The position numbers were made by a program, and so were the translations under genes. A DNA stretch of 33,033 bases from a virus (lineage: Duplodnaviria > Caudoviricetes), in the IMG/VR virus record IMGVR_UViG_3300048577_000431, positions 1 through 33,033 of that record. One strand, 5' to 3'. Below the pieces are notes generated by a model. It saw only the letters and a program-made list of their open reading frames with translations. It did not search any database and was not told the origin of the DNA. Each line of letters opens with the position of its first letter. Within the stretch, counting starts at the first letter, position 1. Shown here in pieces: positions 1 through 7,826 of this stretch.

Positions 1-393
1 CTACGCGGTTCCCAGCTGACGACTCTGAACGTCAACCAATTGCCTCATCCGATCAAGAAGCTCGCGAGAGATTTCCTTATTCTCAGCTTCCAGTGCTCGT
101 ATTGTGTCTTCCATTTCAGCGATCTCTTTTTTTAAGGCCTCGACCTCGGGGTCTTCTTTCGGCTGCGCGCCTTCAATCGAGCCCACGCCGAGGAGAAGCC
201 AGTCCAGGCTGACGCCATATTTCCGGGCAACGGCGACCATGACCTTCCTGGACGGCTCGCGACCGCCGCGCTCTATCTCGGCGATGACCGTATGGGATAG
301 GTCGATGGACGTGGCGAAGTCCTTTTGGCTCAAGCCTGTCTTTGCGCGGAGTTCGCGGAATCGATCTGCTATCTCCTCGTTTTCACTATCCAC
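1..393 (-). CDS. Phage immunity repressor, XRE/Cro-C1 HTH with C-terminal coiled coil
   Basis: RFRELRAKTGLSQKDFATSIDLSHTVIAEIERGGREPS...YGVSLDWLLLG is an XRE HTH. GTG start with GAGGTG RBS on the - strand. Divergent from the early operon, as Mu c. Confidence 0.88.
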   Translation of the reverse strand: MDSENEEIADRFRELRAKTGLSQKDFATSIDLSHTVIAEIERGGREPSRKVMVAVARKYGVSLDWLLLGVGSIEGAQPKEDPEVEALKKEIAEMEDTIRALEAENKEISRELLDRMRQLVDVQSRQLGTA

Positions 394-420
394 CAGTCAC
401 CTCTACGTTAACAATAGAAA

Positions 421-500
421 CATTATGTGACAATTATTCTACTCGCACAAGCATAATGTTGCTTGACAGTCTCATTATGTTGCCGTATAGTCTCCTTATG
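421..500. promoter_or_regulatory. Putative repressor operator repeats CATWATG(TTGC)
   Basis: cattatgt at 421, cataatgttgc at 452, cattatgttgc at 473, ccttatg at 494. The last three are spaced 21 bp apart and flank the -35/-10 boxes. Confidence 0.55.
463..491 (+). promoter_or_regulatory. Sigma70-type early promoter (Pe equivalent)
   Basis: TTGACA (463-468), 17 nt, TATAGT (486-491), upstream of the ner-like gene. Confidence 0.8.
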
Positions 501-576
501 CGAGGGTGAAGAATCACCCGGTTAAACAAATTGCGAAGGTTATTCGCAATTTCAATGCAAAGGAGCCTTTTCGAGT

Positions 577-843
577 ATGGACCAAGCGGCGGCAAAAATC
601 AAGCCGGAGAAGGACAACTGGGAGTACAAGGACTGGGATCGCCACGCCCGCGTCCTCTACCTCCTCCAGAGGAAGCGGAAAACCATCACCGAAATGTCCG
701 AGGACATCGGCGAGCGGATCCAGCACGTGTCCACCTGCATCTGGGGAATACCCGGACGGCGCATCCCCCGTATAGAAGAAAAGATCGCGGCCTACCTCGG
801 CACGACCCGAGACGAACTCTTCGGGAAAGAGAAGGTCGCATGA
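577..843 (+). CDS. Ner/Nlp-like HTH DNA-binding protein
   Basis: 88 aa; ...TITEMSEDIG...IPRIEEKIAAYLGTTRDELF resembles the Ner family. First early gene; ATGA overlap with the transposase. Confidence 0.7.
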   Translation: MDQAAAKIKPEKDNWEYKDWDRHARVLYLLQRKRKTITEMSEDIGERIQHVSTCIWGIPGRRIPRIEEKIAAYLGTTRDELFGKEKVA

Positions 844-2843
844 CATTCGACCGGTGGCCTACTGCTGACGATATAGCGGCAGCTCTATCAATCACGCCTC
901 GCGGAGCGCGTAAGCGGGCGGCCCTTGAGAAATGGCCGTTCAAGAAGACGACGCTCCGGGGCGGGAAGCAGTACCGCTACCGCCTGGCCGACCTGCCGGA
1001 AGATGTGCAGGTCGCCTACGCCGCCAGCTTGCAAACCTCCCTTGAAGACCTTCGGGAGCAGCTTAAACCCGCTTCTAAAGCCGAAAAGAAGATCGCTATC
1101 CCGCGCTACTGTGGCCGCGCCACCAAGACCAAGGACGTGAAGCCCCTGGAGGAAACGCCGGAAGCCCGCCTCCAAATCGCCGCCCTCCGCATGCAGGTCA
1201 TCAAGGCCTGGTCGGCCTCGGGCCTCACCGTGCAGGACTTCGTGAAAGCCTACAACGCGGGCGTGGCCGTGAGCGACCTCCGGGAGAAGCTCGGCCCCCA
1301 CGGCGACATATCGACCTTCCAGAGCTTCTACCGCTGGCTCGCCAGCTACGAGAAGCACGGACTGGCGGGCCTCGCCCCGCAGTACGCCGTCCGGCGCGGC
1401 GGCAACGGCGCCACCCTCTCCGAGGAGGAGAAGGAATACGTGCGCGCCCTGTACCTGGACGAAAGCCGCCCGAGCTGCCGCACCGTGGAGCGCGACCTCC
1501 CGCAGTTCATCGGCCACGACGTGAGCTACTGGATCATCTATCGCTACCTGAAAGAGGAAATCCCCGCGTCGGTCAAGGCCTTCTACCGCGAAGGCGAGAA
1601 GAAGTACCACGACCGCTTCGACCCCTATATCTCCCGCGACTACTCCCTGTTCCGTTCCATGGAATGGGGCGTCTCCGACCACCACATGTTCGACTTCATG
1701 GTCGAGCACGGAGGCCGCATCTTCCGCCCCTGGCTCACCGCCTTCATCGATATGCGGAGCCGCCTCGTGACCGGCTGGCACATCGACGTGATCCCGTCGA
1801 GCCTCACCATCCTCCGCGCCCTCGATCCGACCCTCCGGGACTACGGCCCCTTCGAGAACCTCCTGATCGACAACGGCAAGGACTTCAAGTGTATGTGGCT
1901 CGCCGGTACCACCTGGAAGGAGCGGCGCACGAAGCCCGACGAGGATTTCCTCTCCCTGGCCGAGGGCGTCTACCACGACTGCGGCTTCAACCTGCATTTC
2001 ACCCAGCCCTATCGCGGCCAGAGTAAGCCCATCGAGCGCTTCTTCGGCACCGTGATCGAGCTGTTCTCCAAGCGCATGGAGACCTACGTGGGCTCCAACA
2101 CTGCCACCCGCCCGGACGAGGCCAAGCTCTACTGGGGCCGGATCGACGGCCGGGACAAGGTGCCCGTCACCCTCACCCTTGAGGACGTGCGCCGGGAGTT
2201 CGCCTCCTTCGTCGCCTGGTACAACGCCCAGTGGCAGCACTCCGGCGACGGCATGGACGGCAAGAGCCCGCTCCGCGTCTTCCAGGAGAACCTGACCGTC
2301 CGCCGCGTCATGCCCGAGCCCTTCCGGCTCTACGTGATGACCCGGCGCGAGAAGCGAACCATCCAGCGCAACGGCGTCACCATCGACGGCGTGGAGTACT
2401 TCACCCCCGAGATGATCCAGCACACCGGCGACCAGGTGGAAGTCCGGCGCGGCCTGGACGACGTGGGCAAGGTGAGCGTCTGGAAGCTCCCGGAGCGCAC
2501 GTTCCTCTACTACGCCTACAACGACATCCTGCGCGACATGGGCGTCCCCGAGGAGAACGTCCGGCGCGCCAAGCAGGTCACCAAGGAGCAGCGGAAGCTC
2601 GTCAAGCAGGACGCCGAGATCCGGGAGACCGTCCGCAAGATCAGGAAGCGGCCCGACCAGCTCCTGGCCGACGAGGCCCTGGCCGCCGCGCCCGCCTACC
2701 CCGAGGGACAGATCCTCCAGGTGGTCAACGGCGACGTGGCCCTCCCCGATGAGCAGGGGCGCGTCCCGCGCGGCGGCGTCCTCCAGCTGCACCCCGACCG
2801 GCCCGAGAAGCGGCGGCTCCGGCTCCCCACGGACCCGGACTAG
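840..2843 (+). CDS. MuA-like DDE transposase (about 667 aa)
   Basis: Likely start is ATG 840, coupled to the ner stop. N-terminal Mu DNA-binding domain (W.TADDIA...RGGKQYRYRLADLP). DDE motifs VSDHH, IDNGKDF and SKPIERFF. Mu C-terminal domain (NGVTIDGVEY). Confidence 0.95.
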   Translation: MTFDRWPTADDIAAALSITPRGARKRAALEKWPFKKTTLRGGKQYRYRLADLPEDVQVAYAASLQTSLEDLREQLKPASKAEKKIAIPRYCGRATKTKDVKPLEETPEARLQIAALRMQVIKAWSASGLTVQDFVKAYNAGVAVSDLREKLGPHGDISTFQSFYRWLASYEKHGLAGLAPQYAVRRGGNGATLSEEEKEYVRALYLDESRPSCRTVERDLPQFIGHDVSYWIIYRYLKEEIPASVKAFYREGEKKYHDRFDPYISRDYSLFRSMEWGVSDHHMFDFMVEHGGRIFRPWLTAFIDMRSRLVTGWHIDVIPSSLTILRALDPTLRDYGPFENLLIDNGKDFKCMWLAGTTWKERRTKPDEDFLSLAEGVYHDCGFNLHFTQPYRGQSKPIERFFGTVIELFSKRMETYVGSNTATRPDEAKLYWGRIDGRDKVPVTLTLEDVRREFASFVAWYNAQWQHSGDGMDGKSPLRVFQENLTVRRVMPEPFRLYVMTRREKRTIQRNGVTIDGVEYFTPEMIQHTGDQVEVRRGLDDVGKVSVWKLPERTFLYYAYNDILRDMGVPEENVRRAKQVTKEQRKLVKQDAEIRETVRKIRKRPDQLLADEALAAAPAYPEGQILQVVNGDVALPDEQGRVPRGGVLQLHPDRPEKRRLRLPTDPD

Positions 2844-2903
2844 ACACGGCAATCCCCGCCCCGTGTGGGCGGTTTAGAACGACGGCATAAGGAGCGAACG
2901 AGT

Positions 2904-3830
2904 ATGGAAAAGAAGGAGACCGAGTACAACGAGGAGCTGTACGCGCGGTTCTTCGAGCTGGTGGGAACGCCGGAAGAGAAGAAGCGCATCAGCCAGGCCA
3001 AGGCGGCGGCCGCCCTGGGCTACTCCTCGGGCGTCGTCAGCGCCTACAAGAGCCGGAGCTACAACGGCAACGTGAAGACCCTGGAGGAGAAGATCGAGGC
3101 GTGGCTCAAGCGCGAGGCGCGCCGCCTTGAAAAGGTGGACATCCCCACCGCCGAGACCTCCGTCATGGACCAGGTGCGCAAGGCCGCGACCATCGCCCAG
3201 GACGACGCGGACATCGCCGTGATCGTCGGCGACGCGGGCACCGGCAAGACCACGGCCCTCCGGCGCTACGAGGCGGAAAGCCACTCGGCCTTCCTGGTGG
3301 AGGTTGACCCGAGCTTCACGAAGAACGTGCTCGTGTCCGAGATCGCCCGCGTGATCGGCGTGGACCAGAAGGGCGGCATGACCGTCGTGATCGGCCGCAT
3401 CGTGGAAGCCCTGCGCGAGCGGGACGCCGTCCTCATCATCGACGAGGCCGACTACCTCTCCGACAGCTCCCTGGAGCTGGTGCGCCGCATTATTAACGAC
3501 AAGGCCCGCACCGGCATCGTGCTCGCCGGGCTCCCGCGCCTGGAGTACAAGCTCCGCAACCTCCGCAACGACCACGAACAGCTCGCCAGCCGCGTCGGCG
3601 TCCTCCTGAAGGTCGGCCGCATGAAGCGGACGGACGCGGTGAAGATCCTCGGCGGCGTCTGGAAGGATCTCTCCAAGGAGACGGTGGACGCCTTCGTGAA
3701 CGTGGCGGGCGGCTCCGTGCGCACGCTTACCAAGCTCATTGGCCGCGTGCACCAGGTCATGGGACTCAACCGGCTGGATGCCCCCGACGCCGACGTGGTC
3801 GCGGCGGCGGGCGAACTCTTGATGCGATAG
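2904..3830 (+). CDS. MuB-like AAA+ transposition ATPase
   Basis: N-terminal HTH (SQAKAAAALGYS), Walker A GDAGTGKT, Walker B IIDEAD. Follows MuA. ATG 2904 has an AAGGAG RBS. Confidence 0.93.
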   Translation: MEKKETEYNEELYARFFELVGTPEEKKRISQAKAAAALGYSSGVVSAYKSRSYNGNVKTLEEKIEAWLKREARRLEKVDIPTAETSVMDQVRKAATIAQDDADIAVIVGDAGTGKTTALRRYEAESHSAFLVEVDPSFTKNVLVSEIARVIGVDQKGGMTVVIGRIVEALRERDAVLIIDEADYLSDSSLELVRRIINDKARTGIVLAGLPRLEYKLRNLRNDHEQLASRVGVLLKVGRMKRTDAVKILGGVWKDLSKETVDAFVNVAGGSVRTLTKLIGRVHQVMGLNRLDAPDADVVAAAGELLMR

Positions 3831-3842
3831 GGAGGGAAAGCG

Positions 3843-3974
3843 ATGCAGGGAATGATCTACCGGGCGGCCATCGCCGTCAAGGAAGCCGGGGAGCGCTGGG
3901 GAAGCTCGACGCTCATCCGGGTGGGGCTCGCCCTCGGCGACTTCGCGCGCTCGCTCAGGATCAAGCGGTCATGA
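3843..3974 (+). CDS. Small hypothetical protein (43 aa, not in ORF track)
   Basis: GGGAGG RBS; MQGMIYRAAIAVKEAGERWG...; ATGA overlap with the next ORF. Confidence 0.55.
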   Translation: MQGMIYRAAIAVKEAGERWGSSTLIRVGLALGDFARSLRIKRS

Positions 3975-4156
3975 GCATGGGCGCCCCGAGGATGGAGCGA
4001 CGCATGAACCGCCGCAAGGCCAAGCAGGCGATCCGGGAGCTTTCCTCCTGGAACCGCCGGGCCGAAAACGAAGCGGCCGGGAATCCCTGGCAGGCCCCGG
4101 CCGCTGAAAAGATCGAGCTCAGACAAGGTACCAAGCGGACGCGGTTCTGTCCATAA
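3971..4156 (+). CDS. Small basic hypothetical protein
   Basis: ATGA-coupled to the previous ORF; fills the gap before gam. Confidence 0.45.
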   Translation: MSMGAPRMERRMNRRKAKQAIRELSSWNRRAENEAAGNPWQAPAAEKIELRQGTKRTRFCP

Positions 4157-4195
4157 CCGCCCGCGAACAAACGAACGAGCGCAAGGAGGATTTTC

Positions 4196-4708
4196 ATGGC
4201 GCGACTGAAACCGAAGGTAGGGAAGATCGACACGCTGGAGGACGCGAACCTCGTCCTGAAGGAGATCGGCATCCTGGAACGGGAGCTGGAGGCCATCGAC
4301 GCCGAAGCTCACAAGCAGATGGCCGAGATTAAGAGTGAGGCCGTCAAGGCCGGGGAGCCGATCCGCAAGCGGATCACCGACCTCTCCGCCCTGCTCGGCG
4401 CCTTCGCCGAGTACAACAAGGCCGACCTGTTCAAGGACAAGAAGACCGTGGAGCTGACTTTCGGCATCTTCGGCTATCGCAAGAGCACGTCCATCACCGT
4501 CCGCAAGACCACGGTGGACCTGCTCAAGAAGCTGAACCTGGTCCAGTACATCCGCATCAAGGAAGAGCCGGACAAGGAGGCCATGGCGAACATGGAGGAC
4601 GAGCAGCTCGCCCAGGTGGACGCCGTGCGGAAGGTCAAGGACGACTTCTTCTGCGAGGCGGACAAGGAAGAGGTGAACAAGGACATGCTCAAGGAGCAGA
4701 TCGCCTAG
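4196..4708 (+). CDS. gam: Mu Gam-like host-nuclease inhibitor (DNA end protection)
   Basis: Coiled N-terminus plus KKTVELTFGIFGYRKS and IRIKEEPDKEAM motifs; AAGGAGG RBS; Mu early-region position. Confidence 0.9.
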   Translation: MARLKPKVGKIDTLEDANLVLKEIGILERELEAIDAEAHKQMAEIKSEAVKAGEPIRKRITDLSALLGAFAEYNKADLFKDKKTVELTFGIFGYRKSTSITVRKTTVDLLKKLNLVQYIRIKEEPDKEAMANMEDEQLAQVDAVRKVKDDFFCEADKEEVNKDMLKEQIA

Positions 4709-4724
4709 GCGGTCTAGAATCGAA

Positions 4725-4795
4725 GCGAAACGGCGGGCCGCGCGTGCGGCCCTGTCCGTCGTCCGGGGGCGGAGCCTCGGGCCTGATGAGCAGCC
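4725..4795 (+). ncRNA. Type II hammerhead ribozyme; predicted cleavage after GUC at 4760
   Basis: C-GAAA (4726-4730); stem III ACGG/CCGU plus GGGCCGC/GCGGCCC; GUC (4758-4760); stem I GUCCGGGG/CCUCGGGC; CUGAUGA (4783-4789); 2-bp stem II. Confidence 0.85.
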
Positions 4796-4811
4796 AAAGG
4801 AGCAAAGCGCG

Positions 4812-4949
4812 ATGCAGATAGTCGGGGCCATTCTCGGGATCCTGTTTCTCTCGGCCGTCATGGTGGCGCTCGCCGTGCTGGCCTTCGGGCCGTTCGTCCT
4901 GGACGAGCTGGCGGAGCGGAAGAAGCGCGCCGGGAAGGCCGCCGAATGA
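4812..4949 (+). CDS. Small single-pass membrane protein (45 aa, not in ORF track)
   Basis: AAGGAG RBS; MQIVGAILGILFLSAVMVALAVLAFGPFVLDELAERKKRAGKAAE; ATGA-coupled to the next ORF. Confidence 0.6.
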   Translation: MQIVGAILGILFLSAVMVALAVLAFGPFVLDELAERKKRAGKAAE

Positions 4950-5071
4950 CCGGCCTCCTCGTCGCCATCGGCGTCGGCCTCTACGCGATTGCGCTGTTTT
5001 TCGCCTGGGCGCTCGTGCGCGTGGGCTCGCGCCCGATGCCCAAGCCCGACGGGGCAGAGCGTGAGGACTGA
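4946..5071 (+). CDS. Small single-pass membrane protein (41 aa, not in ORF track)
   Basis: MTGLLVAIGVGLYAIALFFAWALVRVGSRPMPKPDGAERED; ATGA overlap. Confidence 0.55.
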   Translation: MTGLLVAIGVGLYAIALFFAWALVRVGSRPMPKPDGAERED

Positions 5072-5264
5072 CCTTTTGCTCCAGGTGGAGGCGGTGGGGA
5101 CCGCCGACGCCCGAGAGCTGACAAGGGAAATCGCCGAGGCCATCGAGGGCCTTGGCGGGATCCGGAGCGTGAAGCTCCTGGCGTCGCGGCCGCATACCGC
5201 GCCGCCGGGAGAGGCCCGGCCGCCGATGAGCGAACGGCGGCCGGGCTACGACATTACGAAATAA
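5061..5264 (+). CDS. Hypothetical protein (67 aa)
   Basis: GTG start overlapping the previous stop; same frame as track ORF 4989..5264. Confidence 0.5.
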   Translation: MRTDLLLQVEAVGTADARELTREIAEAIEGLGGIRSVKLLASRPHTAPPGEARPPMSERRPGYDITK

Positions 5265-5275
5265 GGAGCGAACCT

Positions 5276-5770
5276 ATGGGAGAGGACGCGGTGCAAAGGA
5301 CGCCGAAAGTCATGATCACGAACAAACGGAGCAAGATGAGCCTGATCCATATCGCCAAGGAAAAGTGCGGTCTGGATGAGGAGTCCTACCGCGCCTTGCT
5401 TTCCGGCGCGGCAGGCATCGAGAGCGCCAAGGATATGGAGTGGGAAGACCAGTTCAGCGCCATCATGGACGCCTTCGAGAAGCTGGGATTCCAGAGCTGG
5501 AAGAAGGAAGGGAAGACCAATTCCCGCCCCCGGTGGACGGACGAATGGGCATGCAAACCGGGCCAGCGGGCCAAGATCGAAGTCATGTGGAAGACCTGCG
5601 CCCGCAACAAGGACGAGGCCGCGCTGCGCGCTTTCATCCGCCGGATCGCGCACGTCGATTCCCCGCGCTTCCTGAATCCCGCCCTCGCGCGGAAGGTGAT
5701 TCTCGCGCTGGAGAAGATGATGCTCGCCGAGGGCTACGACCCGGTATCGGGCGGGAGGCTCGCGAAATGA
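5276..5770 (+). CDS. gemA: GemA / Mu gp16-like regulatory protein (DUF1018)
   Basis: LIHIAKEKCGLDEESYRALL...SAKDM and AL(R)AFIRRIAHVD...KVILALEKM motifs; upstream of mor. Confidence 0.85.
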   Translation: MGEDAVQRTPKVMITNKRSKMSLIHIAKEKCGLDEESYRALLSGAAGIESAKDMEWEDQFSAIMDAFEKLGFQSWKKEGKTNSRPRWTDEWACKPGQRAKIEVMWKTCARNKDEAALRAFIRRIAHVDSPRFLNPALARKVILALEKMMLAEGYDPVSGGRLAK

Positions 5771-6000
5771 GGCGTTCCCGTTTTACCCCCCCCCCGCAGG
5801 TGCGGCAGATGGTCTTGATTGAGGAAACGACCTGCGGCCGCGCCCTTGAGCTGGCCGCCTGGCTCAAGGGAGAGATCGGCGCGCTGCGCGTCCGTGTTGA
5901 TGCTCAGCGCGCCGCCATCCGCGAGGCCGAGGATTGCCTGTTCCAGGCGCGGGACATCCTCGCCCAGGCGCGACAAGAAGAGTTATTTAAGGACGCATAA
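5767..6000 (+). CDS. Hypothetical coiled-coil protein containing a C10 tract
   Basis: ATGA-coupled to gemA and TAATG-coupled to mor; 77 aa. Confidence 0.55.
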   Translation: MRRSRFTPPPQVRQMVLIEETTCGRALELAAWLKGEIGALRVRVDAQRAAIREAEDCLFQARDILAQARQEELFKDA

Positions 6001-6263
6001 TGGACGATAGAAACGACGCCTTCGAGCTGTTGAAAGAGCTTCTCGGCCCCGAGCTGGCCCTCCGCGTGGCCGACTCCTTTGCCGGGACAGCTCTCTACAT
6101 ACCCAAGAACATCATCACCGCCGAGCGTCACCGGGCCATCCGGAAAGAGTTCCAGGACGGCGCCGACTATCGCGCGCTGGCTATCCGCTACGGATACACC
6201 CAGAGCCACATCCGCAAGATCGTCCACGAGAAGAAGGAGCGAATCAATAATGGCAAAGCGTGA
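6000..6263 (+). CDS. mor: Mor/C-family transcription activator
   Basis: LGPELALRVADSFAGTALYIPK...RHRAIRKEF...YRALAIRYGYTQSHIRKIV. Confidence 0.88.
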   Translation: MDDRNDAFELLKELLGPELALRVADSFAGTALYIPKNIITAERHRAIRKEFQDGADYRALAIRYGYTQSHIRKIVHEKKERINNGKA

Positions 6264-6537
6264 ACCGGCGGCCGTCCGGAAATGGAAGAAGGAATGGGCG
6301 GAGGCCAAGGCGAAGCGGACCCGCGAGAACAAGAAGAAAGCCTTCGACGACGCCATGGCGAAGGAGAAAGTGGAGACCCTGGGCGACGTACTGGGAATCT
6401 TCTACGGGCTGTCCCGCGCGGCCGTTGAGGCCGCCGCCTACGGGAGGATCCACGAGCTGGCCGCCTGCGGCCTCACGCCCGCCGAGATCGTCCAGCGAAT
6501 GGAACCGCCGAAGAGGAAGAAGGAGTCGACGATATGA
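6250..6537 (+). CDS. Hypothetical protein (95 aa)
   Basis: ATG 6250 with AAGGAG RBS; ATGA-coupled to the next gene. Confidence 0.6.
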   Translation: MAKREPAAVRKWKKEWAEAKAKRTRENKKKAFDDAMAKEKVETLGDVLGIFYGLSRAAVEAAAYGRIHELAACGLTPAEIVQRMEPPKRKKESTI

Positions 6538-7568
6538 CAGAGCGCGAGAAGGTATTCAGCAAGATCCGGAAACTCCTCTCTCTGTCCCGTAGCCCCGTGC
6601 AGGCGGAGGCCGAGGAGGCCGCGCGCAAGGCGCACGCGCTCTTGCTTAAGTACAACCTGTCCATGCAGGACGTGTCCGGAGAGGCCCCCGAAGTCAAGGA
6701 AGAGGTATACTCCGACGGGTACCGCCGGAAGAAGTGGCGTAACGCGCTCCTGACGGCCATCGCCGACGTGAATTTCTGCGCCATGGTCACCCACTGCTAC
6801 GATGGCGGGTACTATCGATACATGCTCGTCGGCAAGGAACACAACATCCAGGCCGCGAAGTGGATGGGTGAATACCTGGTCGGCGTGGTGGATCGGATTA
6901 GCAGGCGCGAGATCCCGAAGAACGCGAAGGCCAAGTACCGCGAGGATTATCGCTACGGCATGGCCATGGGCATCGCCCGCAACCTTCGCGACCTCAAGAA
7001 GCAGGAAGCCGCCGCACCGGAGAGCCGCGCGCTGGTGGTCACCGAGGGGAAGCTCGTGGAGGAGCACCTGAAGAAGTCCGGCACCATGAAGCCGATCACC
7101 GAAGGCCAGAGGAAAGGGGGACGTGTGGCGGTATTTATTTTCGGGCTGTTATTCTTCATTCTGGCCGTCTCACTGACCCCGTCCAACGGTCACGACAAGT
7201 TTACCGTCGAAGGCAAGCAGATCGACTTCACCGAGCTGGGACTCGACAAGGCGAAGGTCATAGCCTGCGAGTCGGTGCTCAGAGATTCTTCCTTCGCCGG
7301 TCGTGCGCGCGTCGCCGTTGATATCGTGGTCCCTAAGTCGAGCGACGGCCCGACCGTCCTCGCGACGGCGTTGAACACCGCGTTCTCAGCGTACATAGCG
7401 GCCTCCAAGAATAATATCTACAACCTCGGGTCGGTACGGGTGTATGTCTGGACGAGCAAGGCGGAGATCGGAAAGACGGAAGCGCCGCTCGGGCACATCG
7501 TCGTCGGGCAGTGGATGCCGGGCGATCCCGTGTTCGTGAATAACCTGGTCGTGGCGCCTGCGCACTGA
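6534..7568 (+). CDS. DUF2786-family protein fused in frame to a TM helix and an exported domain
   Basis: KIRKLLSLSRSP..AEAEEAARKAHALLLKYNLS is the DUF2786 motif. Hydrophobic VAVFIFGLLFFILAVSL near aa 197-213, followed by an unrelated-looking domain. Confidence 0.7.
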   Translation: MTEREKVFSKIRKLLSLSRSPVQAEAEEAARKAHALLLKYNLSMQDVSGEAPEVKEEVYSDGYRRKKWRNALLTAIADVNFCAMVTHCYDGGYYRYMLVGKEHNIQAAKWMGEYLVGVVDRISRREIPKNAKAKYREDYRYGMAMGIARNLRDLKKQEAAAPESRALVVTEGKLVEEHLKKSGTMKPITEGQRKGGRVAVFIFGLLFFILAVSLTPSNGHDKFTVEGKQIDFTELGLDKAKVIACESVLRDSSFAGRARVAVDIVVPKSSDGPTVLATALNTAFSAYIAASKNNIYNLGSVRVYVWTSKAEIGKTEAPLGHIVVGQWMPGDPVFVNNLVVAPAH

Positions 7569-7588
7569 CCGGACGAGATTGACCCGCG

Positions 7589-7617
7589 AAGCCCTCCGCC
7601 CGGAGGGCTTTTTCTTT
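7589..7617 (+). terminator. Intrinsic terminator closing the early/middle region
   Basis: AAGCCCTCC-gccc-GGAGGGCTT followed by TTTCTTT. Confidence 0.85.
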
Positions 7618-7639
7618 CTCCGCGCGCTACTACTTTATT

Positions 7640-7691
7640 CAAATTTGCGGTGCAAATAGTTTCCTCAAATAACTTCCTCAAATAGTTTCTT
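7640..7691. repeat. 13-bp tandem repeats in the presumptive late promoter
   Basis: CAAATAGTTTCCT / CAAATAACTTCCT / CAAATAGTTTCTT at 7653, 7666 and 7679, plus a degenerate CAAAT unit at 7640. Confidence 0.85.
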
Positions 7692-7826
7692 TGATTATAA
7701 GTATTTACTGGCGGCATACTCCCTCTTGAACAAGCCGTTGTTCGGTTCGTGATCCGGCGGGAGGAAGGTTTGACGCTCCTTTCCTTCCTCCCGCCGCCCT
7801 TTTGAACAACGCCTACGGGAGGACGC

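Noticed and set aside
531-839. N-terminal 103 aa of the 770-aa transposase ORF
   Set aside because: Overlaps the ner-like gene; the Mu DNA-binding domain starts at ATG 840
888-2852. Long antisense ORFs (also 2874-3752, 9908-11155, 11152-13017, 16034-17590, 29380-30894)
   Set aside because: Shadow frames of GC3-rich sense genes; no motifs or RBS, and fully overlapping well-supported genes
2854-2872. CCGCCC-cgtgt-GGGCGG hairpin between MuA and MuB
   Set aside because: Short GC stem with only three T residues; no ribozyme core; not enough to call a terminator
7640-7691. Possible CRISPR array
   Set aside because: 13-bp contiguous units with no spacers and no cas genes
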